Shown here one piece after another: positions 9,504 through 18,459 of a stretch of 64,000 nt of DNA; position 1 is the first letter of the stretch, and every line of letters begins with the position of its first letter. The notes under the pieces were generated by a model. That model saw only the letters and a program-made list of their open reading frames with translations, made no database searches and was not told the origin of the DNA. The translations under genes were made by a program, and so were the position numbers. The DNA comes from a virus, in IMG/VR virus record IMGVR_UViG_3300044611_002115, positions 1 to 64,000 of that record. One strand, given 5' to 3'.

Positions 9504-9901
9504 GCGCACCATTGCAACAGTTGCAGCGCCCGCCAGTGCTGCACCCCGACGACACACAAACCCTCTACCGCTGCCAAGCGCTCGCCGCGCACCTCTGCGC
9601 ACTCATAGGCGTGCCCGACGCAGTGCTGGAGCCAAAGCGCAGGCCGCTCGCGCTGTCAGCCGTGGGGCTGTGCTACGTGCAGGAGCGCCGCATGTCCGTC
9701 ACGCTGCGCTACAGGCAGCACGCGGAGGACGGGGGGCGCTGGTGGAGCAAGCCCCTGCCGTGGGAGGAAGTGCGGGACACGGTGGCGCACGAGTGCGCTC
9801 ACCTCCGCTACAGGGGGCACGGGGCGGAGTTCAAAGCGCTGCACGCGCGGCTGGCAGAAGCGGCGGAGCGCTGGGACGCAGCGCAGGGGAGGGCAGCGTG
9901 A
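9500..9901 (+). CDS. SprT/WLM-like zinc metalloprotease
   Basis: TVAHECAHLRYRGHGAEF (HExxH...H). Confidence 0.65.
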   Translation: MSAPLQQLQRPPVLHPDDTQTLYRCQALAAHLCALIGVPDAVLEPKRRPLALSAVGLCYVQERRMSVTLRYRQHAEDGGRWWSKPLPWEEVRDTVAHECAHLRYRGHGAEFKALHARLAEAAERWDAAQGRAA

Positions 9902-10341
9902 GCAGGGCACAGCACAGCGTCGCGGACTTCCAAGCGCACGTGGACACCATTGCGCGCGAAGCTGGGGTCTGCGTGGACTACAGGGAGCGCACGGCGGGGA
10001 GGAGCTGGAGGCGAACGCGCCGCATCCGCATCTGCCGCGTCCGCAGCGCCGTCACCTACGCCATCGCGCTGCACGAGCTGGGGCACGTGCTCGGGCGCAA
10101 CAGCGGGCGCAGGCTCGACAAGGAGGTGCAGGCGTGGGAGTGGGCGAAGCGGCACGCGCTCACGTGGACGAAGCCCATGCGCACGTGTGCCGCGCGCTGC
10201 GTCGCGTCCTACCTGCGCTGGTGCGTGCGCAAGCGGGGGGCGTGGGTGCCCCCGCACACGCACGGGGCGTGGAGCTGGGGGCAGATGGCCCCTCCCGCCC
10301 CTGCGCAGCGGGGGGCAAAATCTCCTCAAATCTCCTGTTGA
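9898..10341 (+). CDS. HExxH zincin-like protein
   Basis: IALHELGH...EVQAWEWA. Confidence 0.6.
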   Translation: MSRAQHSVADFQAHVDTIAREAGVCVDYRERTAGRSWRRTRRIRICRVRSAVTYAIALHELGHVLGRNSGRRLDKEVQAWEWAKRHALTWTKPMRTCAARCVASYLRWCVRKRGAWVPPHTHGAWSWGQMAPPAPAQRGAKSPQISC

Positions 10342-10366
10342 CAATGAATCTGCAACAGTGCATTCT
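10338..10366 (+). promoter_or_regulatory. Early-type promoter, copy 2
   Basis: TTGACA-ATGAATCTGCAACAGTG-CATTCT; ATG 7 nt downstream. Confidence 0.75.
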
Positions 10367-10372
10367 GCCCAC

Positions 10373-10801
10373 ATGAAGCACAGCACCAAGCGGACACAGG
10401 ACGACGCACGCAGCGGCGGGGATTGGCAGGGAATGAACTGGATACGGCAGGAGAAACGGCTCGCCATTTACATGCGCGACGGCCTCTCCTGCGCCTACTG
10501 CGGCGACAGCGTGGAGCGGGGCGCACAGCTCGGCCTCGATCACATCAAGCCGCACAGCAAGGGCGGGAGCAATCACGCCACGAACCTCGTCACGTGCTGC
10601 ACGCGCTGCAACAGCAGCCGCTCCAACCGCCCCCTCGCAACTTTCTGCCGCACAGTCGCCGCCTACATCAACCACGGCACGACGGGAGACAGCATCCTCG
10701 CACACGTGCGCAAGTGCTCCCAGCGCGTGCTCCCCACGGCGGAGGCCAAGGCGCTCATCGCACGCAGGGGCAGCGCCGCCAAAGCTCTCGCCAGACTGTA
10801 A
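10373..10801 (+). CDS. HNH endonuclease
   Basis: RDGLSCAYCG, LDHIKPHSKGGSNHATNLVTCCTRCN. Confidence 0.85.
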   Translation: MKHSTKRTQDDARSGGDWQGMNWIRQEKRLAIYMRDGLSCAYCGDSVERGAQLGLDHIKPHSKGGSNHATNLVTCCTRCNSSRSNRPLATFCRTVAAYINHGTTGDSILAHVRKCSQRVLPTAEAKALIARRGSAAKALARL

Positions 10802-10820
10802 CCCCAGCGCGCTCCACTTT

Positions 10821-11129
10821 ATGCCAACACCACACAACACCACCACGGCGCTCAGCCTCCCGCTGCGCGACACCCCTCCCGACTTCCGCTCCTTCGACGT
10901 GCTGCTGCACGTGGAAACGGACGTGCGGGCCATTGAGTCTCACTGCATCTGGCGCGGGGAGCGCTTGGGCGCAGGCACCCGCGACGTGCTGGGCGTGCGC
11001 TGCGAAGCGCTGCACAGCGTAGAGGTGGACGCAGGGGGCGAGACATTTTCCAGCGCACAGCTTGCGGAGCTGATGCGCGCCGCGTCACACTACGCGCTCA
11101 ACGAGTCCGCAGATCAGCTCAACAACTAA
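10821..11129 (+). CDS. Hypothetical protein
   Basis: ORF in operon. Confidence 0.5.
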   Translation: MPTPHNTTTALSLPLRDTPPDFRSFDVLLHVETDVRAIESHCIWRGERLGAGTRDVLGVRCEALHSVEVDAGGETFSSAQLAELMRAASHYALNESADQLNN

Positions 11130-11143
11130 ACACCACACACACC

Positions 11144-11662
11144 ATGCCAAACTACTTCACACTCCAGCAAGCAGTGGAGTTCACGCACAAGGGCACGCTC
11201 TACAAGGGCGTCGTCGTCGGCCTCCCAGCGCGCGGCAAAGGCCGCTACAAAGTGCAATGCGAGCGCGGGTGCTTCAACGCCCCCGCCGCCATGCTGCGCC
11301 CCAGCCGCATCGCCCCCACCGCCGCAGCAGCGCTCGCGCAGCGGGGGAGCGCACACTTGCAGCGCCGCGCGGAGCACAAGGACGCGCGGAGCGACAGCAT
11401 GCGCAGCGCGTGCCAGCGCTGGATTCGCACGGAGGGGCTTCACGCGGGGATGCCCGTCAAGAACAAGTATGCGATGGGCCACCCCACCGTCATCATCCTC
11501 GACGTGCTGCACGAGGAGGGCAAGTGCATTGTCACCAACCCCAAGCGCGAGCTGGCGGGCATGCTGACCCGCGCGGGCATCCCCTCGCACGAGCTGGGAC
11601 GCCTCGCACGCACACGCGGCAGCATCACCGTCTGGGCCAACCGCCTCTACCCCATCACGTGA
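11144..11662 (+). CDS. Hypothetical protein
   Basis: ACACCATG leader, typical codon usage. Confidence 0.6.
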   Translation: MPNYFTLQQAVEFTHKGTLYKGVVVGLPARGKGRYKVQCERGCFNAPAAMLRPSRIAPTAAAALAQRGSAHLQRRAEHKDARSDSMRSACQRWIRTEGLHAGMPVKNKYAMGHPTVIILDVLHEEGKCIVTNPKRELAGMLTRAGIPSHELGRLARTRGSITVWANRLYPIT

Positions 11663-11877
11663 GCAGCGCCATCATCTTTGCGCTGTGCCTCGCGCTCCTC
11701 GTCACCCTGACGATGGAGCGCTTGCGCTGTAAGGCACTTGTCGCCCGCGCGCTGCGCGAGGGGCGGGTGCAGGGCTACCGCCGCGCCGTGCTGCACAGCC
11801 CCGCCATTCACAAGTCGCTGCAACTGTTGCAGCACAACCCATGCCCCGCACGGGGCGCAACCAAAGGAGAAGCATGA
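11659..11877 (+). CDS. Small membrane protein
   Basis: GTG start overlapping upstream stop; hydrophobic N-terminus. Confidence 0.5.
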   Translation: MSSAIIFALCLALLVTLTMERLRCKALVARALREGRVQGYRRAVLHSPAIHKSLQLLQHNPCPARGATKGEA

Positions 11878-12245
11878 GGAAGAAATACGACATCGACGTG
11901 CTGTGGAAGCACACGGGGAACAAGCAGTGCAGCATCAAGCGCACGCTGCAAGCGCAGCAGATTGGAAACTTCAACCCCGTGTTCTGCCGCTACCAAGGCG
12001 GGCAGCACTTAGTCAAAAGCAAGGAGGGAGACTTGAGCGATCCGTTCCGCAGGAACGCAAGTTATGAGGGGTCGCTCTACATCGAAATCGTGCCGCAGGT
12101 GGAGGCGCGGGACGGGCTGCTGTATTGGGCAAACGGCGGGGAGCTTGTGCGCTTGCCCTTCGCGGACACCGTGGCGCGTGCGCACGGCTTCCAATACGCG
12201 GAGCAGCTTGTGCAGCACTTGCAGGAGAAGGGGGAGGGCAAGTGA
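11874..12245 (+). CDS. Hypothetical protein
   Basis: ATGA overlap with upstream gene. Confidence 0.55.
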   Translation: MRKKYDIDVLWKHTGNKQCSIKRTLQAQQIGNFNPVFCRYQGGQHLVKSKEGDLSDPFRRNASYEGSLYIEIVPQVEARDGLLYWANGGELVRLPFADTVARAHGFQYAEQLVQHLQEKGEGK

Positions 12246-12472
12246 CGCTACTCATCCGCAAGGGCGCGCACATCCGCACGGGGGGCGGCGCGTTCACGCT
12301 CATTGTGGCGCGCGTCACCGTGTCCATCACGGACGCGGGCAGCACTGCGCTCGTCAAGCTGCGCGTGACGGAGAGCGACATGGAGGCGGTGCCAGCGGGG
12401 GCCACCTACACGCTCACGCACGAGGAGCTGGCGGACAAGTTCCTCCACCACCGCTGGACGCTGCTGCAATGA
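12242..12472 (+). CDS. Hypothetical protein
   Basis: GTGA overlap, GGAGG upstream. Confidence 0.5.
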   Translation: MTLLIRKGAHIRTGGGAFTLIVARVTVSITDAGSTALVKLRVTESDMEAVPAGATYTLTHEELADKFLHHRWTLLQ

Positions 12473-13242
12473 GCGGGCACCACAACCCGTTCAGCTTGCA
12501 GGGGCTTGGGGCCATAGGGCGCAGGCGCACGGACAGGCGGCTCCTGCGGCTGCGCAGGGCGCACCTCCTGCGCACGTGCAAGCGCCTCACGTTCACGGGC
12601 ACGCTCTACCACGGCTCCCCGCTCTACGGCATGGAGGAAATTTTCAACGACGGGCACTTCTGCGCGCCGGAGCACGGGGAGCTGAGCATGCCGCTTTTCA
12701 GCACGAGCTTGAACTCGGAGATGCTGCGCTACTTTGGCGAGGAGGGCGTGCACGGGTTCCAGTTCGCAGTGGATGGGATGGAGGTGCTGGAGCTGTCCGC
12801 GTTCTACCAATCGCTGCTGTGCGCGCATGAGTCCAATACGGAGATGTGGCACGAGCTTGTGGAGCTGCACCCGCAGGCGGAAGCGGAGGCGCGGTTTCTT
12901 GGCTACGAGGAAGCGGAGCGGCAGCGCTGGGGAACGTGCGGCGCGGAGAGCGTGTTCAGCATGTCCCCGCATGACATGGACGAGCTGCTCCCCGTGGGCG
13001 TGGAGGGCTTCGCGCTGCTTGGCTGGAACAACGTGACGCAGCACAACCACGAGGCGGAAATCGCTGTGAACGAAAATGGGTGCGCGCGCTTGTGGCGCAG
13101 CGTGGAGCGCGTGTGGGTGGACGGGGACGAGTATGAGCGGGAGGAGGGGGAGCAAGTGCTGCGCCAGCATGTGCAGTGGCAGCGGGAGACGCGCAAGCTG
13201 CGCGAGCAGGAGCGGGCGGAGCGGGACGCAGTTTGCAGTTGA
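12469..13242 (+). CDS. Putative ADP-ribosyltransferase-fold protein
   Basis: LYHGS ... FSTS ... EAEIAV in ART motif order. Confidence 0.4.
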   Translation: MSGHHNPFSLQGLGAIGRRRTDRRLLRLRRAHLLRTCKRLTFTGTLYHGSPLYGMEEIFNDGHFCAPEHGELSMPLFSTSLNSEMLRYFGEEGVHGFQFAVDGMEVLELSAFYQSLLCAHESNTEMWHELVELHPQAEAEARFLGYEEAERQRWGTCGAESVFSMSPHDMDELLPVGVEGFALLGWNNVTQHNHEAEIAVNENGCARLWRSVERVWVDGDEYEREEGEQVLRQHVQWQRETRKLREQERAERDAVCS

Positions 13243-13320
13243 CACTCCGCAGCGCACGTGATGGAGTGCGCTCGTTCTGGGGGGAATACCGAGAACGGTG
13301 ATATGGTGTCACTGGTGTCC

Positions 13321-13362
13321 GAGGGAGCTGCTGGCAATGCGCTGGCAGCTCCCTCCTCATTT
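13321..13362 (+). terminator. Stem-loop / probable intrinsic terminator
   Basis: GAGGGAGCTGC...GCAGCTCCCTC followed by CTCATTT. Confidence 0.55.
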
Positions 13363-13571
13363 ACACAGCGGCGCACGCTTCGCGCTACAGGGCGTCCAGC
13401 AGCGTCCGCACCCCCGCCAGCAGCCCCAGCGCTGCGCCCCCGCACAAGCGCACGCACTGCGCACGCAGGGGGCAGATATTTTTCGGCGCACGCAGGGAAA
13501 AAGGCATACGCCCTCGGGCGCTTCAACGACTTACAGAGCGAAAGAAAAAGTGCAACGGTTGCAATTTGCTG

Positions 13572-13599
13572 TTGACAATGAATCTGCAACAGCTACCTT
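13572..13599 (+). promoter_or_regulatory. Early-type promoter, copy 3 (palindrome at 13551 just upstream)
   Basis: TTGACA-ATGAATCTGCAACAGC-TACCTT; GTG 13606 is 7 nt downstream. Confidence 0.8.
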
Positions 13600-13605
13600 G
13601 GAGTC

Positions 13606-14436
13606 GTGAGCAACAACACCACATCAACGGCACTCGCAGCCACAAGCGAGCACAGCACACAAGTCGAAGTCGTCAACCACAGCAGCAAGCAGGTCGCGGA
13701 ATATAACGCGCTGCACGCCACGCTCATCAACACGGGACTCATGTTCCCCCGCGTGCAGTCCGAGAAGGCCAAGCAGCAGGAGGCCGCAGAGGACGCAGCG
13801 CGCGCCAAGCAGCAGCGCGAGGACGCGAAGCTCGCCGCCCTGTTCGCTCCCGTGCGCGAAATCAACCTCCGCCTCAAGTCCGAGTTCCCCACCGTCGGGG
13901 AGCGCGATGCCGTCAGCTACAGCATCAGCGAGACGCGCCGCAACACGGGGACATGGAGCCGCCATCGCGGGGAAATCATCGGCGTCACGATCCGCATGCA
14001 CGGGGCGCACGGCGTCACGCGCAACTTCCCGTTCAACAAGTCGGGGAGCATCAACTACGTGAAGATCGAAGCGCTGCTGCGCAATGCGTGGGAAGCCGCT
14101 GCCTCCCGCGTCGAGGAAGCCAAGCGCGTTGCCAACGCACGTGCAGCCGCCAAGGATGCGCTGCCCGAGGGCACGCTGGAGCGCGTCAAAGCGATCACCA
14201 AGACCACCTACGAGAGCGTCACTATGCAGGTCGTGGACGGCAAGGTGACGTTCTCGCACATGCACTATCCCGGCCAAGGGCGCAGCCCCTACGAGCGCGT
14301 CGTGTTCCCCGTCGCCAGCCCCGCCGCAGTGCTGCGCATCCTCGACATCCGCGAGGCCGCGAAGGCGCAGGAGAAGGCCGTGCTCGTGCAGGACGAAGCG
14401 CGCGGCATCAGCAGCGCTACACTCGCCGCCATCTAA
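13606..14436 (+). CDS. Hypothetical protein
   Basis: Long ORF, strongly biased codon usage. Confidence 0.7.
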   Translation: MSNNTTSTALAATSEHSTQVEVVNHSSKQVAEYNALHATLINTGLMFPRVQSEKAKQQEAAEDAARAKQQREDAKLAALFAPVREINLRLKSEFPTVGERDAVSYSISETRRNTGTWSRHRGEIIGVTIRMHGAHGVTRNFPFNKSGSINYVKIEALLRNAWEAAASRVEEAKRVANARAAAKDALPEGTLERVKAITKTTYESVTMQVVDGKVTFSHMHYPGQGRSPYERVVFPVASPAAVLRILDIREAAKAQEKAVLVQDEARGISSATLAAI

Positions 14437-14476
14437 CGCACACGTCAACCGCAACCATCAACACCACACACGCACA

Positions 14477-15157
14477 ATGAAACTCGCAACCACAGCCACA
14501 GCTCCCGCCGCTAAGCGCGGGCACAGCAGCGCCCCGAAAGTCACCAAGAAAGCCACGCTCGCGTTTGTGCGGGAGAAGCTCGGCAGCGACACGCGCTGGG
14601 CGACCCGCGCGCTGCACCTCGTTTTCCAAGCGCAGACGGCGCAGGAGCAGGCCAGCGCAACAACGCACGACGACAACGGCGTGGGCTTCTCCGGCGTGGA
14701 CGCGGAGTTCCTCACCTCCCTCGCCAACCAGATCAACGGCGGGCGGACGCTCTCCTACAAGCAGAACACGTGGCTGCTGCGCAAGATGCCCAAGTATGCG
14801 GGGCAGGTCATTGCACGCAGCGACGCGCAGAAGCTCGCCGCGCAAGTGCTCGCGCATCTCAACGGCACAGCGCCCGCAGCGCCCGCCGCCCCCAGCGCTC
14901 CCGCCTACGGGTGCGCTGTGCAGTGGGACGCCAAGGAGCTGCTCAAGGGCGAGAGCGTTCAGAGCAGCTACTACGACAGCAGCTTCTACAGCGTCCCCTT
15001 CACGGGCAGCTACAGCCACTCGGACATCTACGAGCAGCTCAGCCCCCGCTACCGCAGCACGGGCAACGTGTTCGGCGGATACAGCACGCTGGGCACCATC
15101 ACGCAGCTCGACGACACGCACGCGCGGGTCGAAGTCGTTTACCACATCGGGGAATGA
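14477..15157 (+). CDS. Hypothetical protein
   Basis: QTAQEQ..THDDNGVGFSGVDAEFLTS; AC-rich leader. Confidence 0.7.
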   Translation: MKLATTATAPAAKRGHSSAPKVTKKATLAFVREKLGSDTRWATRALHLVFQAQTAQEQASATTHDDNGVGFSGVDAEFLTSLANQINGGRTLSYKQNTWLLRKMPKYAGQVIARSDAQKLAAQVLAHLNGTAPAAPAAPSAPAYGCAVQWDAKELLKGESVQSSYYDSSFYSVPFTGSYSHSDIYEQLSPRYRSTGNVFGGYSTLGTITQLDDTHARVEVVYHIGE

Positions 15158-15522
15158 ACGCAGCGCACGCACTACACGCCATGAACACCATCACCAGAAT
15201 CAACAGCACGGGCGGAGCGCAGCACGTGTGGCACATCGACACCATCTCCCGCACGCAGCGCAGCACGGGGCGCAGCTACTACGTGGAAGCGGACACGCTG
15301 CGCGAAGCAGTGCGCTCCATCCGCACGCGCGTTCCCCGCACGCAGTTCGCGCTCGCAGTGGGGGCGCAGGGGTGCTGGCACAGCAGCACGGACGCAGCGC
15401 TTTCGTGGGTCGAGGCGCAGGAGGCCGCGCAATCGCACAAAAAGGCGTCCAGCTCCCTCCGCAGCGGGCGGAGCGCACGGCTGGGACGCGGCACGCAGGG
15501 AGCGCAGGGGGACGGGGAATGA
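15154..15522 (+). CDS. Hypothetical protein
   Basis: ATGA overlap; alternative start 15181. Confidence 0.5.
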   Translation: MNAAHALHAMNTITRINSTGGAQHVWHIDTISRTQRSTGRSYYVEADTLREAVRSIRTRVPRTQFALAVGAQGCWHSSTDAALSWVEAQEAAQSHKKASSSLRSGRSARLGRGTQGAQGDGE

Positions 15523-15668
15523 GCGCGCAAGCTCAAATTCTCCTGCACTTGGGCGCACTGCTGCGCGAGTGCCTGCGGGGCACCCCGAAGGTCACGTGGC
15601 ACGTGCAGGGGATAGGGCGCGCCCTGCGCATCAGCCGGTGAAGCACAGCAGCGCTCACACGCAGCACG

Positions 15669-15700
15669 GGAGGGGAGCCAGCGCTCCCCTCCTTCATTTT
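15669..15700 (+). terminator. Probable intrinsic terminator
   Basis: GGAGGGGAGC-CAGC-GCTCCCCTCC-TTCATTTT. Confidence 0.6.
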
Positions 15701-15807
15701 GTGCTGCGGAGCTTTTTACGGGCCATTCTGTGCAAACTTGCCGCCTTGCCGCCCATCCCTCCAACCCCTACACTTTCCAACGCAGTAAACACCAACACCA
15801 AAACACC

Positions 15808-16821
15808 ATGAACACTACACCAAGAAAACCCATGCTCGCGGAGACGTGCGACGACATCAACGCGCTGCGCTTCCCGCTACTAGCGACCGCAAAATTGGAC
15901 GGCATCCGCTGCCTCACGCTTCCCCACACGGGAGGCTTGTTCCGCTGCAACGCCGTGTCGCGCAAGTTCAAGCCCATCCCGAACGCGCACATCCGCGATT
16001 GGGTGGAGACGCACCTCCCAGCGGGACTCGACGGGGAGCTAATGATTGTGGCGGAGGACGGCAGCGCGCTGCCCTTCCAAGCCACCACGAGCGGCGTGAT
16101 GAAACACACGGGCACGCCCTGCTTCCAGTATCACGTTTTCGACTACTGCGGGCGCGGGCTGGACACGCCCTACACGGAGCGGCTGCAACAGTTGCAATTC
16201 CTGCGCCTCCCGCGCGGCACGTGCAAGCTCGTGCTCCCCGTGCTCATCAACAACGTGGAGGAGCTGCTGGCGTTCGAGGCCAAGTGCCTCGCGGAAGGCT
16301 ACGAGGGCGTCATGGTGCGCACGCCGGATGGCCCCTACAAGGAAGGCCGCAGCACAGTGCGCGAGCAGTGGCTACTAAAGGTCAAGCGCTTCAAGGACGA
16401 CGAGGGCTACGTGTGCGGGGCGGAGGAAGCGAGGGAGAACACCAATGAGGCGGGGAAGGACGAGCTGGGGCACACGAAGCGCAGCACGGCAAAGGCGGGC
16501 ATGCGGGGGAAGGGGCACGCGGGGTCGTTTATCGTTAAGCCCTGCACGCAGGGAGCGCCCACAGCAGCGGACTTCGCCTACATCAAAGAGAACGAGCATA
16601 GGCTGGACGCTGCACTCGCCGCCCACCCCTACCTGTTCAGCGCCAGCACGAGCGTCATTACAAAGGGCAAGCGGTTCATCCCCATGAGCAGCGTGCCCGC
16701 GCTGCTGCACAGGATGGTGGTTTACAAGCACCAGCCCACGGGCGTCCTAGTCAAGCCCCGCTTCCCCGTCATTAAGGGCTACAGGGACGCCATTGACATC
16801 GGGGAGCCGGAGCAGGATTAG
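15808..16821 (+). CDS. ATP-dependent DNA ligase
   Basis: KLDGIRC, LDGEL, VFD, EGYEGVMVR, LLKVK, PRFP. Confidence 0.92.
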   Translation: MNTTPRKPMLAETCDDINALRFPLLATAKLDGIRCLTLPHTGGLFRCNAVSRKFKPIPNAHIRDWVETHLPAGLDGELMIVAEDGSALPFQATTSGVMKHTGTPCFQYHVFDYCGRGLDTPYTERLQQLQFLRLPRGTCKLVLPVLINNVEELLAFEAKCLAEGYEGVMVRTPDGPYKEGRSTVREQWLLKVKRFKDDEGYVCGAEEARENTNEAGKDELGHTKRSTAKAGMRGKGHAGSFIVKPCTQGAPTAADFAYIKENEHRLDAALAAHPYLFSASTSVITKGKRFIPMSSVPALLHRMVVYKHQPTGVLVKPRFPVIKGYRDAIDIGEPEQD

Positions 16822-16825
16822 TCCG

Positions 16826-16857
16826 TTGACAACTGATCTGCAACTGTGCAGCATAGT
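16826..16857 (+). promoter_or_regulatory. Early-type promoter, copy 4
   Basis: TTGACA-ACTGATCTGCAACTGTG. Confidence 0.65.
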
Positions 16858-16869
16858 CAGCAGACACCA

Positions 16870-17232
16870 ATGCCCGTAATCCAAATCACCAAGTTCGACA
16901 ACATCGTGCAGCGCTTCATCCGCTTTAGCTCTCCCGTGCTGCCCTGCCGCGTCTATCGCATTCAGTGCGTCGTGGGGCACTTCGGGGAGGCTGACCCAGA
17001 GCGCGTGCTTGCGCTGTGTGACGTGTGCATAGTGGAGGGGACGCCCTACTACCGCATCGGGGACGTGGGGCGCGTGCGCGAGCGAGTGTGCATAAGCGCG
17101 GAGGAGTTCGCCTACGTGCGCTCCTGCTACGTGCGGAGCGAGGATTTACCAACAGTGAGGACGCTGTTACCGCTTGCGCGGCTGCGCCCCTCCAACATAA
17201 CCAAGCGCAAGCACAGGAGGATAGAAGTATGA
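16870..17232 (+). CDS. Hypothetical protein
   Basis: ORF after promoter; CACCAATG leader. Confidence 0.55.
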   Translation: MPVIQITKFDNIVQRFIRFSSPVLPCRVYRIQCVVGHFGEADPERVLALCDVCIVEGTPYYRIGDVGRVRERVCISAEEFAYVRSCYVRSEDLPTVRTLLPLARLRPSNITKRKHRRIEV

Positions 17233-17501
17233 CAGGATTCACGCCAATCAAAGACCGCGTTCTCGTCCGCATGGACGCGCGCAAGGAACAGACCGCAGGG
17301 GGCATCGTGCTGCCCGAGTTCTCGCAGACCACGGAGACGTGGGGCGAGGTGTGCGCAGTGGGAAACAAGGTGGAGGACTTGCGCACGGGCGACCGCGTGA
17401 TGGTGGAGTCCCACGTGGGCACGCACGTCGTTGTCAAAGGCGTGGACTACATCCTCATCGAGGAGTCCCGCGTGAAGGTCATGCAGCAGCAGGGGGCGTG
17501 A
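17229..17501 (+). CDS. groES: Co-chaperonin GroES
   Basis: PIKDRVLVR..EQTAGGIVLP..GEVCAVG..GDRV. Confidence 0.9.
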   Translation: MTGFTPIKDRVLVRMDARKEQTAGGIVLPEFSQTTETWGEVCAVGNKVEDLRTGDRVMVESHVGTHVVVKGVDYILIEESRVKVMQQQGA

Positions 17502-17761
17502 TGCAAGCGCTGCAAGGTGCCCACGTGCTTCCGCTGCTGCTCGCGCTGGGGCTTGTGCTCTGGACGCTGCTGGGGTGGCTTGCGCTGCGGGCCTACATGC
17601 AGAGCTGGACGCTGGAAATCAAATGGCCGTGGGAGCTTGTGTTCCTGCTGCTGTGCGGCCCCGTCGCTTGGGCGGGGCTGCTGGTGTTAATGTTTACAAC
17701 ACGAAAGGACACGGAAGATGAAAAAAGGAATACTGCAAGAGACGAGCGGGATGACGACTAG
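17501..17761 (+). CDS. Small membrane protein
   Basis: Two hydrophobic segments. Confidence 0.55.
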   Translation: MQALQGAHVLPLLLALGLVLWTLLGWLALRAYMQSWTLEIKWPWELVFLLLCGPVAWAGLLVLMFTTRKDTEDEKRNTARDERDDD

Positions 17762-18359
17762 GGGCGGGACGCACTTTGTTGACCACGACACGGATATGGT
17801 GGTGGCAGTGACGGACGCCTCCTTCTCCATGCGCTTCGTCACGGGAATGCTGGGGCTGCTGGAGGAGGGAAGCAGCGAGCGGCGCGTGCTGCAAGTGGGG
17901 ACGCAGGAGCTTGCCCTCTACCGCAGCAGCACGTTCTTTCGCTGGGCGCTGCTCCTCGACCCCTTCGTGCGCCTCGCCTACGCTTGGGCGGCATACCAGC
18001 AGGAGGACGCGGAGGGGGCGGGGCTGCTGACCTACGGGGACTTTGTGGCGAGCCGTTTGGAGCACGGGGCACCCACCCCCAGCGGGGGCGCTGCCCACGA
18101 GTTTCTCCTCGTGCGCCAAGTGGACTACCTAACGGTCGGGAAGGATTATGAGGTGGACGCGCTGTTCCGCTTCGACGCCGCAGCGGAGTGGCTCCCAATG
18201 ATGCAGCGCCGCTTCCTGCTGCCGGAGTTCAACTTCATCTACGACCCTCCCCAAGTGCCGGAGCTGCCGCGCAGCACTCGGCTCCTAGTCCATAAGGCTT
18301 ATGGCGAGGACTTGGAGTTGTTCAAGCAGATAGGCGACGCCCCGTTCCTCGTGCTGTAG
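17718..18359 (+). CDS. Degenerate sulfotransferase-family-like protein
   Basis: DPFVRLAYAW, RQVDYL, YGEDLELF resemble Sulfotransfer_2 motifs; PAPS-binding loop not evident. Confidence 0.4.
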   Translation: MKKGILQETSGMTTRGGTHFVDHDTDMVVAVTDASFSMRFVTGMLGLLEEGSSERRVLQVGTQELALYRSSTFFRWALLLDPFVRLAYAWAAYQQEDAEGAGLLTYGDFVASRLEHGAPTPSGGAAHEFLLVRQVDYLTVGKDYEVDALFRFDAAAEWLPMMQRRFLLPEFNFIYDPPQVPELPRSTRLLVHKAYGEDLELFKQIGDAPFLVL

Positions 18360-18459
18360 CGGGGGCGGGTTTATTCTGCGCGCTGCAACAGTTGCAGTGT
18401 CAAGGATATTTTCTTGCCAACGCGGGGCGCATGTTTCACAGTCCAAGCAACCTTTCGCC

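Noticed and set aside
13258-13609. Short ORFs 13258-13575 and 13298-13609
   Set aside because: They cross a terminator, a palindrome and a promoter and have atypical composition; likely non-coding
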